A stretch of 63,494 bases of DNA, filler included. It is 7 parts of 7 records of this genome, joined end to end, with 100 filler letters (N's around TTAATTAATTAA, not from the genome) between each part and the next. Parts side by side here need not be neighbours in the genome. Positions count along the whole stretch, not along the records: positions 15,959 to 22,676 come from SRR31147125_7373; positions 22,777 to 35,164 come from SRR31147125_7390; 5 more parts are not named here. One strand, 5' to 3'. The notes under the pieces were generated by a model, which worked only from the letters and a program-made list of their open reading frames with translations, searched no databases and was not told the DNA's origin. This document shows positions 20,810-31,700 of the stretch, piece by piece. Each line of letters begins with the position of its first letter. Position 1 is the first letter of the stretch. A program made the translations under genes and the position numbers.

Positions 20810-22132
20810 TTGCAGAATATATTGTCTGATTTTGATAGAAGTATCAGAGCGGCAGAGATTGAGAAAAGAATTAGCGAAGAGAAATTTGTACCTGCTGCAG
20901 TCAGGGCAGTCAATACACATATACACACCTTCTATTCATATAATGTAGAGGGGAACTCTCCAACAGAGGTATTGTATAGAGCGAAAAAGGTCGGCATGGA
21001 AGTTGCCGGTATTGTTGATTTTGATGTGCTTGATGCTATGGAAGAGGTCTTTACTGTGAGTGAGCAGCTCAAGTTGCGTGCGGTAGTGGCGCTTGAGAGT
21101 AGAGTCTATGTTGCTGACTATGCAGAGCGTGATATCAACTCACCAGGCGAGAGTGGGGTCTGTTACTTCATGGGTACTGGTTTTACCAGAATGCCTGAAT
21201 TCGGAACAGCTGCTCATAAGACTCTGCAGTCTATGCGTACTGGGGCGAGTATTAGAAATGTGCAGTTGCTTGAGCGTCTTGCTGATGTACTGGCACCGCT
21301 GAAGATAAGTTATAAGAATGATGTCTGTACATTGACTCCTGCTGACAATGCTACAGAACGTCATATACTTGAGGCGCTCGACCTCAAGAGTAGAGAGATG
21401 TTTGCTGGGGAGGAGCTGGAGGAGTACTGGGCTAAGAGGCTTATGCTTCCTGAATCAGAGGTTAGAGTGCTTCTTGGGCAGACTGCAAAGTTCCGCAATA
21501 CTATTAGAGCAAAACTGATGAAGCGTGGTGGGGTTGGTTATAAACAGCCGGATGAAGATACTTTTCCACCTCTTTCAGAGGTTGCTGCTATGATCAGTGA
21601 GCTTGGGGCGCTGCCATGCTGGGCATGGGTGGATGGTTTCTCTGACGGTGAGAGTGATGCGGAAGAATTATGTGATTATATGGTGTCTGTCGGGACTAGA
21701 GCGATTGCTATCATCCCTGAGAGAAACTGGCATTTTGAAGAGCCTGAGCTCAAGGCGAAGAAGCTGCAGAAGCTGGCTGAGTTTGTGGCGGCTGGTAAGA
21801 AGCGCAATCTGGTGATCACTGTCGGGACTGAGATGAATAATTATGGGCAGCCGTTTGTCGATGACTTTGCTGCACCGGAGCTGGCACCATATGTCGAAGA
21901 TTTTCTTGCTGGAGCGTATACCTTATATGGGCACACTCTGCTTGAGCGTGCTGCAGGCAAGGGAATTATGAGTCAGTGGGCAGTGGATACCTTTGGTGAT
22001 GATTATGCGGCATGCAATGAGTTTTACAGGAAACTTGGTGAGGCTTCGGCTGATCCTGAGAATGATGGTGCGAAGCTGGCTGGGCTTGAGTCATATACAG
22101 ATTTAGATGGTATAATAAATGTCTTGAAGTAA
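20810..22132 (+). CDS. PHP domain-containing protein
   Basis: NTHIHTFYS, GIVDFD; GAGGAGG RBS before the TTG start. Confidence 0.75.
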   Translation: MQNILSDFDRSIRAAEIEKRISEEKFVPAAVRAVNTHIHTFYSYNVEGNSPTEVLYRAKKVGMEVAGIVDFDVLDAMEEVFTVSEQLKLRAVVALESRVYVADYAERDINSPGESGVCYFMGTGFTRMPEFGTAAHKTLQSMRTGASIRNVQLLERLADVLAPLKISYKNDVCTLTPADNATERHILEALDLKSREMFAGEELEEYWAKRLMLPESEVRVLLGQTAKFRNTIRAKLMKRGGVGYKQPDEDTFPPLSEVAAMISELGALPCWAWVDGFSDGESDAEELCDYMVSVGTRAIAIIPERNWHFEEPELKAKKLQKLAEFVAAGKKRNLVITVGTEMNNYGQPFVDDFAAPELAPYVEDFLAGAYTLYGHTLLERAAGKGIMSQWAVDTFGDDYAACNEFYRKLGEASADPENDGAKLAGLESYTDLDGIINVLK

Positions 22133-22225
22133 TAAATGTAGCAGTTGTTGTTGTTAGAGTAGTTTAAAGTTTGCGTGGAAAATATGGATATAGGTTGCTG
22201 CTTATATCAGGAAAGGATTTGACTG

Positions 22226-22676
22226 ATGAATAATGTTTTCTCAATCAAAGACAGAGTTGCGGTAATTACTGGTGGTGCGCAGGGGCTTGGTAGAGCGCTT
22301 GCAGAGAGATTGGTTCGTGAAGGCTGTAGAGTAGTGATCGGTGATATTCAGGAAGAGGTGGTCAAGCAGACTGCTGCAGAGATTCAAGAAGAATTTGGTG
22401 GTGAAGTGGTTGGAGTTAAAGTAGATGTTACTCAGGAAGCAGAGTGTGCAAACCTTATCAATACTGCGATGGAAAAATTTGGTAAAGTTGATATCGCGGT
22501 TGCGAACGCTGCTATTCTGATTGCTGAAGAGATTACAGAAGCTGACGCTGCGAAGTGGGCAAAAGTGATTGAGGTCAACCTCATCGGTTACTTCAACTTT
22601 GCCAAGCAGGCTGCTATTGTTATGAAAAAGGCTGAATCGGGCGCGATTATTCAAATAAACTCAAAGTCTGGAAAAA
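22226..22676 (+). CDS. srlD: SDR, sorbitol-6-phosphate dehydrogenase-like (3' truncated)
   Basis: TGGAQGLG, VNLIGYF, IIQINSKSGK (typical of SrlD). Confidence 0.65.
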
Positions 22677-22776
22677 NNNNNNNNNNNNNNNNNNNNNNNN
22701 NNNNNNNNNNNNNNNNNNNNTTAATTAATTAANNNNNNNNNNNNNNNNNNNNNNNNNNNNNNNNNNNNNNNNNNNN
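22677..22776. other. Artificial contig spacer
   Basis: N44-TTAATTAATTAA-N44. Confidence 0.99.
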
Positions 22777-22849
22777 TAGTGTCATCTTTATGATTTTCCC
22801 ACCAATATTTAATTTCATTAACAAGAATCATAGTATTTTCATTTTTCAT
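22777..22849 (-). CDS. Hypothetical protein, N-terminal fragment
   Basis: AGAAAGGA RBS then MKNENTMILVNEIKYWW..., running off the contig. Confidence 0.4.
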
Positions 22850-22925
22850 TACGATTATCCTTTCTAAGTTTGTATTAATCACAATATTTCTTTTTATATA
22901 TACCTCTAATGCAATGAAACATAAT

Positions 22926-22942
22926 AGCGACTTGAAGTCGCT
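22926..22942. repeat. Palindrome AGCGACTT-G-AAGTCGCT
   Basis: One of four copies of RCGACTTSAAGTCGY in this contig. Confidence 0.8.
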
Positions 22943-22944
22943 TA

Positions 22945-24729
22945 TTATAAGCTTCTGTTCTGCTCTGCCTCTTTCTTTTTCTTTTCACCAAACCTATCAA
23001 CTGTAAGAGGTTTATCAGCAAGACGTTCTTTTTCGTTTAATGTAGTTGACAAATCACGCAATGCACGAAACATTACATTTGATACGTCATTTGATTTTAC
23101 TTTTTCTGTTTGTGAAGTGTTAGCACCAGATGAAACAAACTTTCTATCTTCGTTTTCAATTACTGCTCTTGCATCTTCTAATCTTTCATCATCAAGTTTA
23201 AGTGAATGTATAAAACTGCTTTTACCTTTTATAAATATATCTTCCTTGGAAACAGTATTATTAACCTTTTCACTTTCCTGTAAAAGTTCTTGTTCTTCAA
23301 CAGACATTTCAAATTTTGAATTCAACTCATTAATTTTGGCATTGCTATCGTCAACAGTATTACCGTTAAGCAATGCATACTTTTTATAAGTCTTTAGAAG
23401 ATAAAGTTTATACTTATTATCGTCAGAATCTTTTTTACTGTTTTCAATAATGGTTTCAATACAAATCATACGATTATCTAGGATGCTCCTGTATTCGTTA
23501 ATATCATTATCCTTTATAGGTCTATAGTTAATACTTCTTTTTCCATCTAGTGCAAAGTAAACATCTGTGATACCGTCTGGTGTATCATCACTTGATGCAG
23601 AATTAGAACTTTCATAAATCTCAGCTTTTAAATCAGTTTCTTTTGCAGTATTGTTTCTATATTCAGTTGCATATTTCAAAAGAACGTTAGCCATCCGTGT
23701 GCGTATTTCTCTGTCTGCGTTCTGTCGCTTTTCATTAAGTTTACTTTTGTCACTTACATATTTCCCTGCTTGTTTGGTGTGTTGGTCTAAATAACCCTCG
23801 TAGCTTTTTTTGTAGCCTTCTGAATTTATTAGATTATCGACTGCCTTATCTACAATTGCTTTTGTTTCTGGTGGTAAGTATCTGTACTTTGTACTTCCCT
23901 TGGTCGGAAGTAAATTTACAATATCAATCATATCTTTTGTGCTTTGCTCAATATCATCATCATTCATATACTTGTGCATATCATTCTTTTTGTCGGTATT
24001 TGCATCTTTAAGAAATTCTATGATTTTTCCGCTATCACCTTTTAACTCATTGATGATATAATCTCTATACTCTGTTTTTGTAAACGATAGTTCAGCAGCT
24101 CTCTCGCCATAAACGGCATCAGCGTTAAGTCTTCGTATTTTCTTTAATCTATTGCTAGGTACTTGTTTCCACCCTCTTGGTCTTGTTTTGTCTGTTTTAT
24201 CCCAGACTAAAAAGTGTGCGTGTGGTTGTCCTTCTTTATCGTGGACTGCACCCACCCAATTTAGATTTTCGAGCGGAATATCTAGTTGCTCTGCAATGTA
24301 AGGCATATTTGCTCTCGCCATGATTTCCCAATCTTCTTTTGTATTAAAATCCAAATGATTTGCTGTGCTTTCTCTTAAACTGATAATCATTGCATAAACA
24401 GGAGTATTGTTTAATGAATTAATTTCTCTGCCTATCTCATATATATCTGGTGTCCCATTTGCATCAAAAAGACCGTGTGTATTTTCTCCCTCAACAATTA
24501 CACCAGTTCTATTACCCATATAGTCAACATAATTTAAAGCATGGGATTTGTTTTTTGTATCATTAATGAGTTCTTGATTTTCTTGGTTTCTTGCTTGCGA
24601 TTGAACGGTAACGTGATGCTCACTACCTGTCCTTGTACCAATATAAAAAAGATTATTAGCGGCGTGTTGTTTACCGCCGCTTTGTTTTGTATCTATGAAG
24701 TTGACTTTTGTAATTACATTATCATTCAT
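22945..24729 (-). CDS. MobP3/MobL-type relaxase
   Basis: YIGTRTG and NYVDYMGNR tyrosine motifs, HGLF, IISLRE, WVGAVH...QPHAHF (HUH), KYRYLPPETK. Confidence 0.85.
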   Translation of the reverse strand: MNDNVITKVNFIDTKQSGGKQHAANNLFYIGTRTGSEHHVTVQSQARNQENQELINDTKNKSHALNYVDYMGNRTGVIVEGENTHGLFDANGTPDIYEIGREINSLNNTPVYAMIISLRESTANHLDFNTKEDWEIMARANMPYIAEQLDIPLENLNWVGAVHDKEGQPHAHFLVWDKTDKTRPRGWKQVPSNRLKKIRRLNADAVYGERAAELSFTKTEYRDYIINELKGDSGKIIEFLKDANTDKKNDMHKYMNDDDIEQSTKDMIDIVNLLPTKGSTKYRYLPPETKAIVDKAVDNLINSEGYKKSYEGYLDQHTKQAGKYVSDKSKLNEKRQNADREIRTRMANVLLKYATEYRNNTAKETDLKAEIYESSNSASSDDTPDGITDVYFALDGKRSINYRPIKDNDINEYRSILDNRMICIETIIENSKKDSDDNKYKLYLLKTYKKYALLNGNTVDDSNAKINELNSKFEMSVEEQELLQESEKVNNTVSKEDIFIKGKSSFIHSLKLDDERLEDARAVIENEDRKFVSSGANTSQTEKVKSNDVSNVMFRALRDLSTTLNEKERLADKPLTVDRFGEKKKKEAEQNRSL

Positions 24730-24762
24730 TGCTCTTTACCATTGAATTATCAAAAAAGAAAA

Positions 24763-24898
24763 ACGACTTGAAGTCGTAAAATTTCTGTTTTCAACTTTAT
24801 ATTGCGACTTGAAGTCGCATCTAACGACATGAGTTTCACTCATGCTGCATACTATGTATGCAAGTTAGTTTGATTGTTTTTTTGCGACTTCAAGTCGC
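24763..24898. repeat. Palindrome cluster upstream of the relaxase
   Basis: RCGACTTSAAGTCGY at 24763-77, 24804-18 and 24884-98; CATGAGT-TTC-ACTCATG at 24828-44; TGCATAC-TAT-GTATGCA at 24846-62. Confidence 0.8.
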
Positions 24899-25086
24899 TT
24901 TTCAAAATCGTTGATACGTTTCTTCGGTTTTACAGCTACAGAATTTATATGTTTCAATGCTTCTGATTTATCATAATCAATACTGTTATTATTTTCATCT
25001 AACCAGCAATACATTGAGTAAGTAAAGTTTACGCATTTCAACAATCTACCAGTCTTAGTATCCTCATAATACAATCCTATTTTCAT
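24865..25086 (-). CDS. Hypothetical protein (73 aa)
   Basis: AAGGAG RBS; lies between the RHH gene and the relaxase. Confidence 0.55.
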   Translation of the reverse strand: MKIGLYYEDTKTGRLLKCVNFTYSMYCWLDENNNSIDYDKSEALKHINSVAVKPKKRINDFEKRLEVAKKQSN

Positions 25087-25107
25087 TAAGAACTCCTTAG
25101 TGAAAGA

Positions 25108-25503
25108 TTACTTTTCATCTTTCGTTTTGCCGATAAGTAATTTTGCCGCCTTGTCCTTTGCGTTTGCATGGCTATCATCGAGGTTATATTGAAAGCCCTC
25201 AAATTGGTTAGCGAACTTACTTACAAAGTCAACGAGAAATATCTCTATAAAGAAAATTGATTTCAACGCTCTTGCCAACATCTTACCTAGACGGTTGGCT
25301 GTAGGTGCTTGCGCATCCTCTGCCGCCCTGCGGAGCATCAACTCAATTTCAGTCCTATTGCTCTCTGAATATTCAACAGCAAGTTGCTTGTCAATCAGCG
25401 TATTACAGATAGCATTAACGCTAGTACCTTTCTTGCTTGCCATCTTGTCCAGTATTGCGTATTTTTCATCATCTACCCTTACGGTAACTTGCCTATTAGC
25501 CAT
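25108..25503 (-). CDS. Ribbon-helix-helix relaxosome accessory protein (MobC/Aux-like)
   Basis: RQVTVRVDDEKYAILDKMASKKGTSVNAIC RHH pattern; adjacent to the oriT candidate. Confidence 0.7.
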   Translation of the reverse strand: MANRQVTVRVDDEKYAILDKMASKKGTSVNAICNTLIDKQLAVEYSESNRTEIELMLRRAAEDAQAPTANRLGKMLARALKSIFFIEIFLVDFVSKFANQFEGFQYNLDDSHANAKDKAAKLLIGKTKDEK

Positions 25504-25558
25504 ATTTTACTCCTAAAATGATTAAAATTATACACAAAGCATACCACAAAGAACGCAC

Positions 25559-25702
25559 TATATAAAGAGGTTTCCACAATTTTAATGTAAAATAAAATTA
25601 TATAAAGAGGTTTATTTTACAAAATGAGTTACGTAAAATTCCCCTATTTACTGGCTTTGACAGTAATATGTGAGGCGGTTGAAACTCAACCCTTATCCTG
25701 CC
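25559..25702 (+). other. Putative oriT with RP4/MOBP-type nic site
   Basis: GGTTGA-AAC-TCAACC inverted repeat (25677-91) directly before CTTATCCTG^C (nic 25700/25701); TATATAAAGAGGTTT direct repeats at 25559 and 25599; 10-bp IR at 25587-96/25611-20. Confidence 0.7.
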
Positions 25703-25793
25703 TTTGGTCGTATTTGAGCGAAAAAGTCTTGATTTTTAGGGAAAAAATAGGTAAAATGTAAGTGTAAAACCATATTTTAATATCGGAGTAGTT

Positions 25794-28700
25794 ATGAGTA
25801 GATTTAAAGAGCTGTCCCAGATGTATAAAGATGGGACGATTGGCGAGAGTATCAGAGGCGAAGAAAATATCGACAGGTTTTTAACTTACAGTGGAAAACA
25901 TTACAAACTGGATTTCGACCAATGCCTTTGTGCCTATGCACAAAGCCCAGAGGCTACAGCGTTCGCAACGTATGATGTCTGGAATGTTTATCTGAACAGG
26001 AAAATCATTAGAGGTAGCAAAGCTACTCTATTACCAGACGATAAATCAACAAACGGAGTTAAGTACGTTTTTGACGTAGCCGACACCAAGGGTGCACCCT
26101 TGCCTGAGCATTGGAAAATGCGAGAAGAACATAGGGATGAAGTAATTGCAAAACTGGATAGAGAGTTTGGAATTAAAAGAACCTTTGAACTTGATAACAT
26201 TGAAAATGTTGAAAGTGCCGTTGCACACAGCAATGACCAAATGCGTTTTGCAAACAAAGAAGTCATAAAGAAATATTGTGATTATAACAATGTATCCTTT
26301 TACGATGTATACGATGATATACAGGAATGTAGTAATGAAATAGTTGCAAGACGCTTGGAAATTGATACAGGTAATACATTAGATTTATCAAGAATGAATG
26401 AAGAATACTCCCCTGCTCTAGTAGAGAAAATTTTGAGGACAAGTTCTAACTCTGCACAAGCAGTATTATTAGAAATTGAAAAGACTGTAAAGTCATACGA
26501 AAAAAACAAAGTGAAAGAAAGGAACTTTGAAAATGAAAAATACACAAAAGAAAATAACATATCATCAGAACGAGGACGGAATGATGTACCCGAACATAAC
26601 ACCGCCAGAGAACCACGTGCCAACAACAGCGTTGGGCAAGTGGGGCAAAAAGGCACTGATATATCTACAGGAATATCAGCCGATAGCGGTGGAATATTAC
26701 AGCAAGACAATGGAACTGAATCCGATACTACAGAGAGTGGACGAACAGGCAGCGGAATATCTGATAGCAATAACCAAGAAATTGAAAGAGCAGATACCCG
26801 CTCCGAAGTCGGACAATCCGTTAGTGAAAATACGGTACAACAACCAGATAGCGGAACAAGCAGAGAAACTAATGTTGAGCGAAGTGGTATTTCAGCCGCA
26901 CGTGACGGACAGTCAAGCGTTAGAAGAAATGAACAAATAACTGGTGAGTTTAACGAACAGTTAGAATTATACAAAGGTGTTGACTGGTCTGAAAGTGAAT
27001 GGCAAAACATGTTGACATTCACATATCCAGAAACAGCAATCTTAGCATTTGAAAATGGATTAGATGTAAGAGTTATTGGAAAGGTCGAAGATGATACCTA
27101 TCCATTAACAAGTGTTGAGGATATACAAAAACATTTTCAAGCACAAAGATTAATTGCTACTACAGCACCAGAAGATGTACGTCAAATATATATTGACAAG
27201 AACCATGAGATTACATCTAAAATACTTGAAGATACTATCAAACCCAAAAGGCACAGACGTACTCAACCAGAAATGAACTATGCAAGGTTGCAAGAAATTG
27301 CACCAAAGTTCTTTGATGGTAGATATGACTATCAAAAGATGCAAGCAGGTGATGCAATGATGCCGCTGTCTTTTGACAAGTTGCATTATGAAAGTGAAAA
27401 TGTGGCGGTAATCAGCATTGCACATACCTTTGTGCAAAATGGTGATTTGATGTCTGACCCAGACATGGAGTTAAGAGTTGACTTTGAAAATAAGACGGTT
27501 GAGCCGCTTAGTTTCACTCAACACAGTATGGGAATATATCATCAAGTTTATAATGAAGATGGTACAAAATACAGTCCACAACTTAGAAAGGAACTCAATG
27601 CTTTTTTGTCACAGTGGACAAAAAATATTCAATCACAAGGTTATCAAATTGAAAAAGCATACTACAATGATAAGCTAAAAGAAGAATTAGGAGAGCCGTC
27701 ATTTAATGACCAAGGACAGGAAATAGGATTTGATGTTGCAGTTCAACCAGAGGGCGAAACAGTTACTAAAAATATCTATGAACCTGCAGCAGAGGAATTT
27801 GATAAGCAATTTTACATGGATGAAGTATTGCTTGATGGTAGTAACTTTGAGGGCGGAAAACAAAGAATTATTGATTACTTCGCAGAGAATAGTAATAATT
27901 CTGATAGAGCCGTTTTCTTGAAAAAGGAATACGGAATAGGTGGCGGCACTAAGCATTATTCAAACGGTGTTCAAGGTCATGCTAACCATGACGGTAAAGG
28001 AATATCCGCAGAAGTTAGCTATAGTGATGAACCGATTGAACACTATACATATGCTAAAGCCGCAAAAAGAATAGGTGAATTACTTGAAAATGGCAGGTAC
28101 TTTAAACCAAGATATGCAAGTGAAAAACCCTTAACTGGTAGAGAAAAATTTGCAGTTCAGATGCAAATGGATTTGACACCAGTTACTGAAAGTCGCATTC
28201 CTACGGAAAGATTTGATGCAAATACGATGTGGTCAAATGTACAATGGGACTTTGTAGAAACATACGATTATCCAGAACACGCACGTAACGCATTTAATGA
28301 GGGCATAGAAATACGTCGTATTGGCGAGGGAATGAATGCCTACCCTATTAACTCTTTAGAAGAACTAAATAGGGATATAGATAACAAAGAATTTTTAGGT
28401 AGTGTAGTAAGTGACGATATAAAAGATAGATTTTTTGAACTGCAAGAGCAAGCAAGATTGGAAGATGTTGCCGCTAAATATGCAGAGAAAATAAAAGACG
28501 AGATTGAATCAGAACCGATTGATTTTGTTATCACAGATGAAAGCTATGCAAACACACCGACAAGTAAAAGAGAGCGTTATAATGCCAATGTAAATGCTAT
28601 AAAAGTATTACAAGATATTGAGAGCGGTGAGATTATTGCAACAGATGAAAGCAGAGAAATAATCTCTAAGTATACTGGTTGGGGTGGTCTGCAAGAACCA

Positions 28701-31700
28701 TTTGATGAAAATAATTTATCATGGCAAAACGAGTACAAAGAACTAGAGAGCCTGTTATCTGCAAGCGAATATGCAGATGCTAGACGTTCTGTATTGGATG
28801 CCTATTATACTTCACCACAGATAACGCAAACCATATACGGAGCATTAGAGAAGTTTGGGTTTGATGGTGGAAAAGTATTAGAGCCTAGTATGGGAGTTGG
28901 TAATTTCATTGGTACAATGCCAATGGAAATGAGAGATAAGAGTTTAATAACTGGTGTTGAAATTGATAGCGTATCTGGAAGAATATCTAAGGTACTGTAC
29001 CCAGATGTTGATGTAAACATAAAAGGATTTCAAGATACAAATTTCAGAGATAACCAGTTTGACATAGTTGTAGGTAATGTACCTTTTGGAGAAGTTCATA
29101 TCTATGACAAGGAATATAAAGGCAGAACTTTAATACATGATTACTTTTTCAAAAAGTCAATCGATAAAGTTCGCCCAGACGGTATAATTGCATTAGTATC
29201 ATCTAGCGGCACAATGGATAAAGCCGACGATACTGTTCGCAGATACATATCTGAAAGAACAGATCATGTCGGCTCAATAAGACTTAATGAAGATATGTTC
29301 ACTGGAACAAAAGTGACTACAGATATTATCTTCTTACGAAAAAAAGATAATATCACAGAGCATAGTACAGACTTTACAGAGATTGCAGAAAATGCAGACG
29401 GTGTAAAAATGAATAAATATTTTGTCGAAAATCCTCAAATGATTGTCGGCAAAATGGTTAGCCGTAATGGTAGATTTGGTGAAGAAACTGCTTGTATTAA
29501 TGATGATACTATTGATATAAATACACAGCTTGATAAGGCAATTCATCATTTAACTACGGATGTAGTGATGGAAAAATCACTAAGTGATGTAGAGGAAATA
29601 CCAAAGGAAATTACTGTAGACCAATTACAAGATGCATCCGAACCAACAGTAGATGCTTTCTCAATGGTGATAAAAGACAACGAGTTACTTTACAATAATG
29701 ATGGTGTCTTTGAGCCAGTAAAGAGAGCCAAGACCAACGGAGTTAGATACAATAGATGTAAAGACTTGATTGCAGTAAGAGATAGTTTTAAGAAACTATT
29801 AGATGCTGAAATGTCTAATGAGAATGATGCAATAATTGAAAACGCTAGAGAAGAATTAAATAATTCTTATGACACTTTTATTAAAAATGAAATAAAGCGT
29901 GTTGCAAAAAATCAAGTCCAAGAAGTTGGCATCAACACCGACGTTGTTTCTAAAGACTTTAATATGGATGGTGGTTATCCGTTGATTTGTTCATTAGAGG
30001 ACAAAGATGCGGCAACAGGAAACTATATAAAATCAAAAGTATTTACTCAAAGGACTATAAGTCCCAAAATAAATATTGTTAGTGCTAAAGATTCACATGA
30101 GGCATTGATGCTTTCTTTAAGTGAAAGGACGAAAGTGGATATTCCATATATGGCAGCATTAACAAATCAGACACCAGAAGAAGTAATTAGTGAATTAAAA
30201 GGTGAAATATATCGTAATCCATCAGAAGTAAATAATGATATTCCTTACAGTGGTTATGAAACAAAAAGTCATTACTTATCTGGGGATGTAGTAAATAAAT
30301 TAGCAGTAGCACATCACCATACAGCACTGGATGAAAGTTATAGAGATAACGTAATTGCACTTGAAGAAGTCCAACCAGAACCATTAAAATCTGGTGACAT
30401 TGATATGAAACTTGGTAGCACATGGATACCAGTAAATCACTTCGAGCAGTTTGCAAGAGATATATTTAACTCCCATAGTAGGTATGATGGTGATGTTGAG
30501 ATTGCATTTAATCCGTATAATGCGAGATATGAAATAACAAATAGACCATCTGTATACAACAAAGAATGTTCATACATTTATGGTTTATCCAGTGCACATC
30601 ATAAAAATGGTTACAGAATATTAGAAGATACTTTAAACATGATGCCAACAACGATAACCACAAAAGACAGTGATGGAAATACAATAGTTGATAAAGTTGC
30701 AACAGCAAGGGCGAGAGAAAAACAGGAATTATTAAAAGATAAATTTAAAGAGTGGGTAAGACTTGACTATAACAGAGAACAGGAATTGGTTGATACATAT
30801 AACGGAAAGTTTAACACCTTAGTACCACGTGAATTTGATGGTAGTGGGTATGTATTTCCACACCAAAGTCCGTTTTTTGAATTAAGACCTCACCAAAAAA
30901 ATGCAGTAGCAAGAATAATGCAAACACAAACTTGTTTGTTAGCACATGAAGTTGGTGCAGGAAAATCGGCAGTTATGGCAACGGCAGGACATGAAATGAA
31001 AAGGCTTGGAACTGCTAACAAGGTATTATATGTTGTGCCTAATCACTTAGTAGGACAAATGGCACAAGAGATATATAAGGTTTATCCATCATCAAATCTA
31101 TTGATATTGGATAGCAAGAGAGATATGTCAAAATTGAAAAAAGATATATCACTTGGTAAAATATTAACAGGTGATTATGACGGTATAATCATGGCTCATT
31201 CGTCATTTGACAGAATTGGTATATCAGATGACCTAAGACAAAAAGTCTTACAACAACAACTTGACGAGGTTGTAGATACTCTTGCTGTAACAGATGACGG
31301 AGCAAGAAGAACCGTAAGACAACTTGAAATTGCTCAACAAAATCTTATCAGTCAATTATCAGAATTAGATAACAGACAAATAAAATCAAATGTGCTGAAT
31401 TTTGATGATTTAGGTATTGATGCAATGTTAGTTGACGAGGCACACGCTTATAAGAACGCATTAGTATATACGAAAATGACTGGTGTATCTGGTGTTAGTT
31501 CTTCGCCTAGTGGTCGTGCAAATGATATGCTTGCTAAAGTAGACTTTATGACATCAAATAATAAGAAAGTTATATTTGCGACTGGAACACCAGTATCTAA
31601 TACACTTTCAGAAATGTACATAATGCAAAGATACTTACAGCCGCAGGAATTAAGAAAAAGGCATTTACATTCATTTGATAGGTGGGCATCAACTTTTGCA

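Noticed and set aside
24763-24898. Possible mini-CRISPR array
   Set aside because: Repeats are only 15-17 bp, spacing is irregular (41 and 80 bp) and there are no cas genes.
26300-27022. 240-aa antisense ORF over the dual-coding region
   Set aside because: Ser/Leu-rich antisense shadow of the main frame with no family motif.
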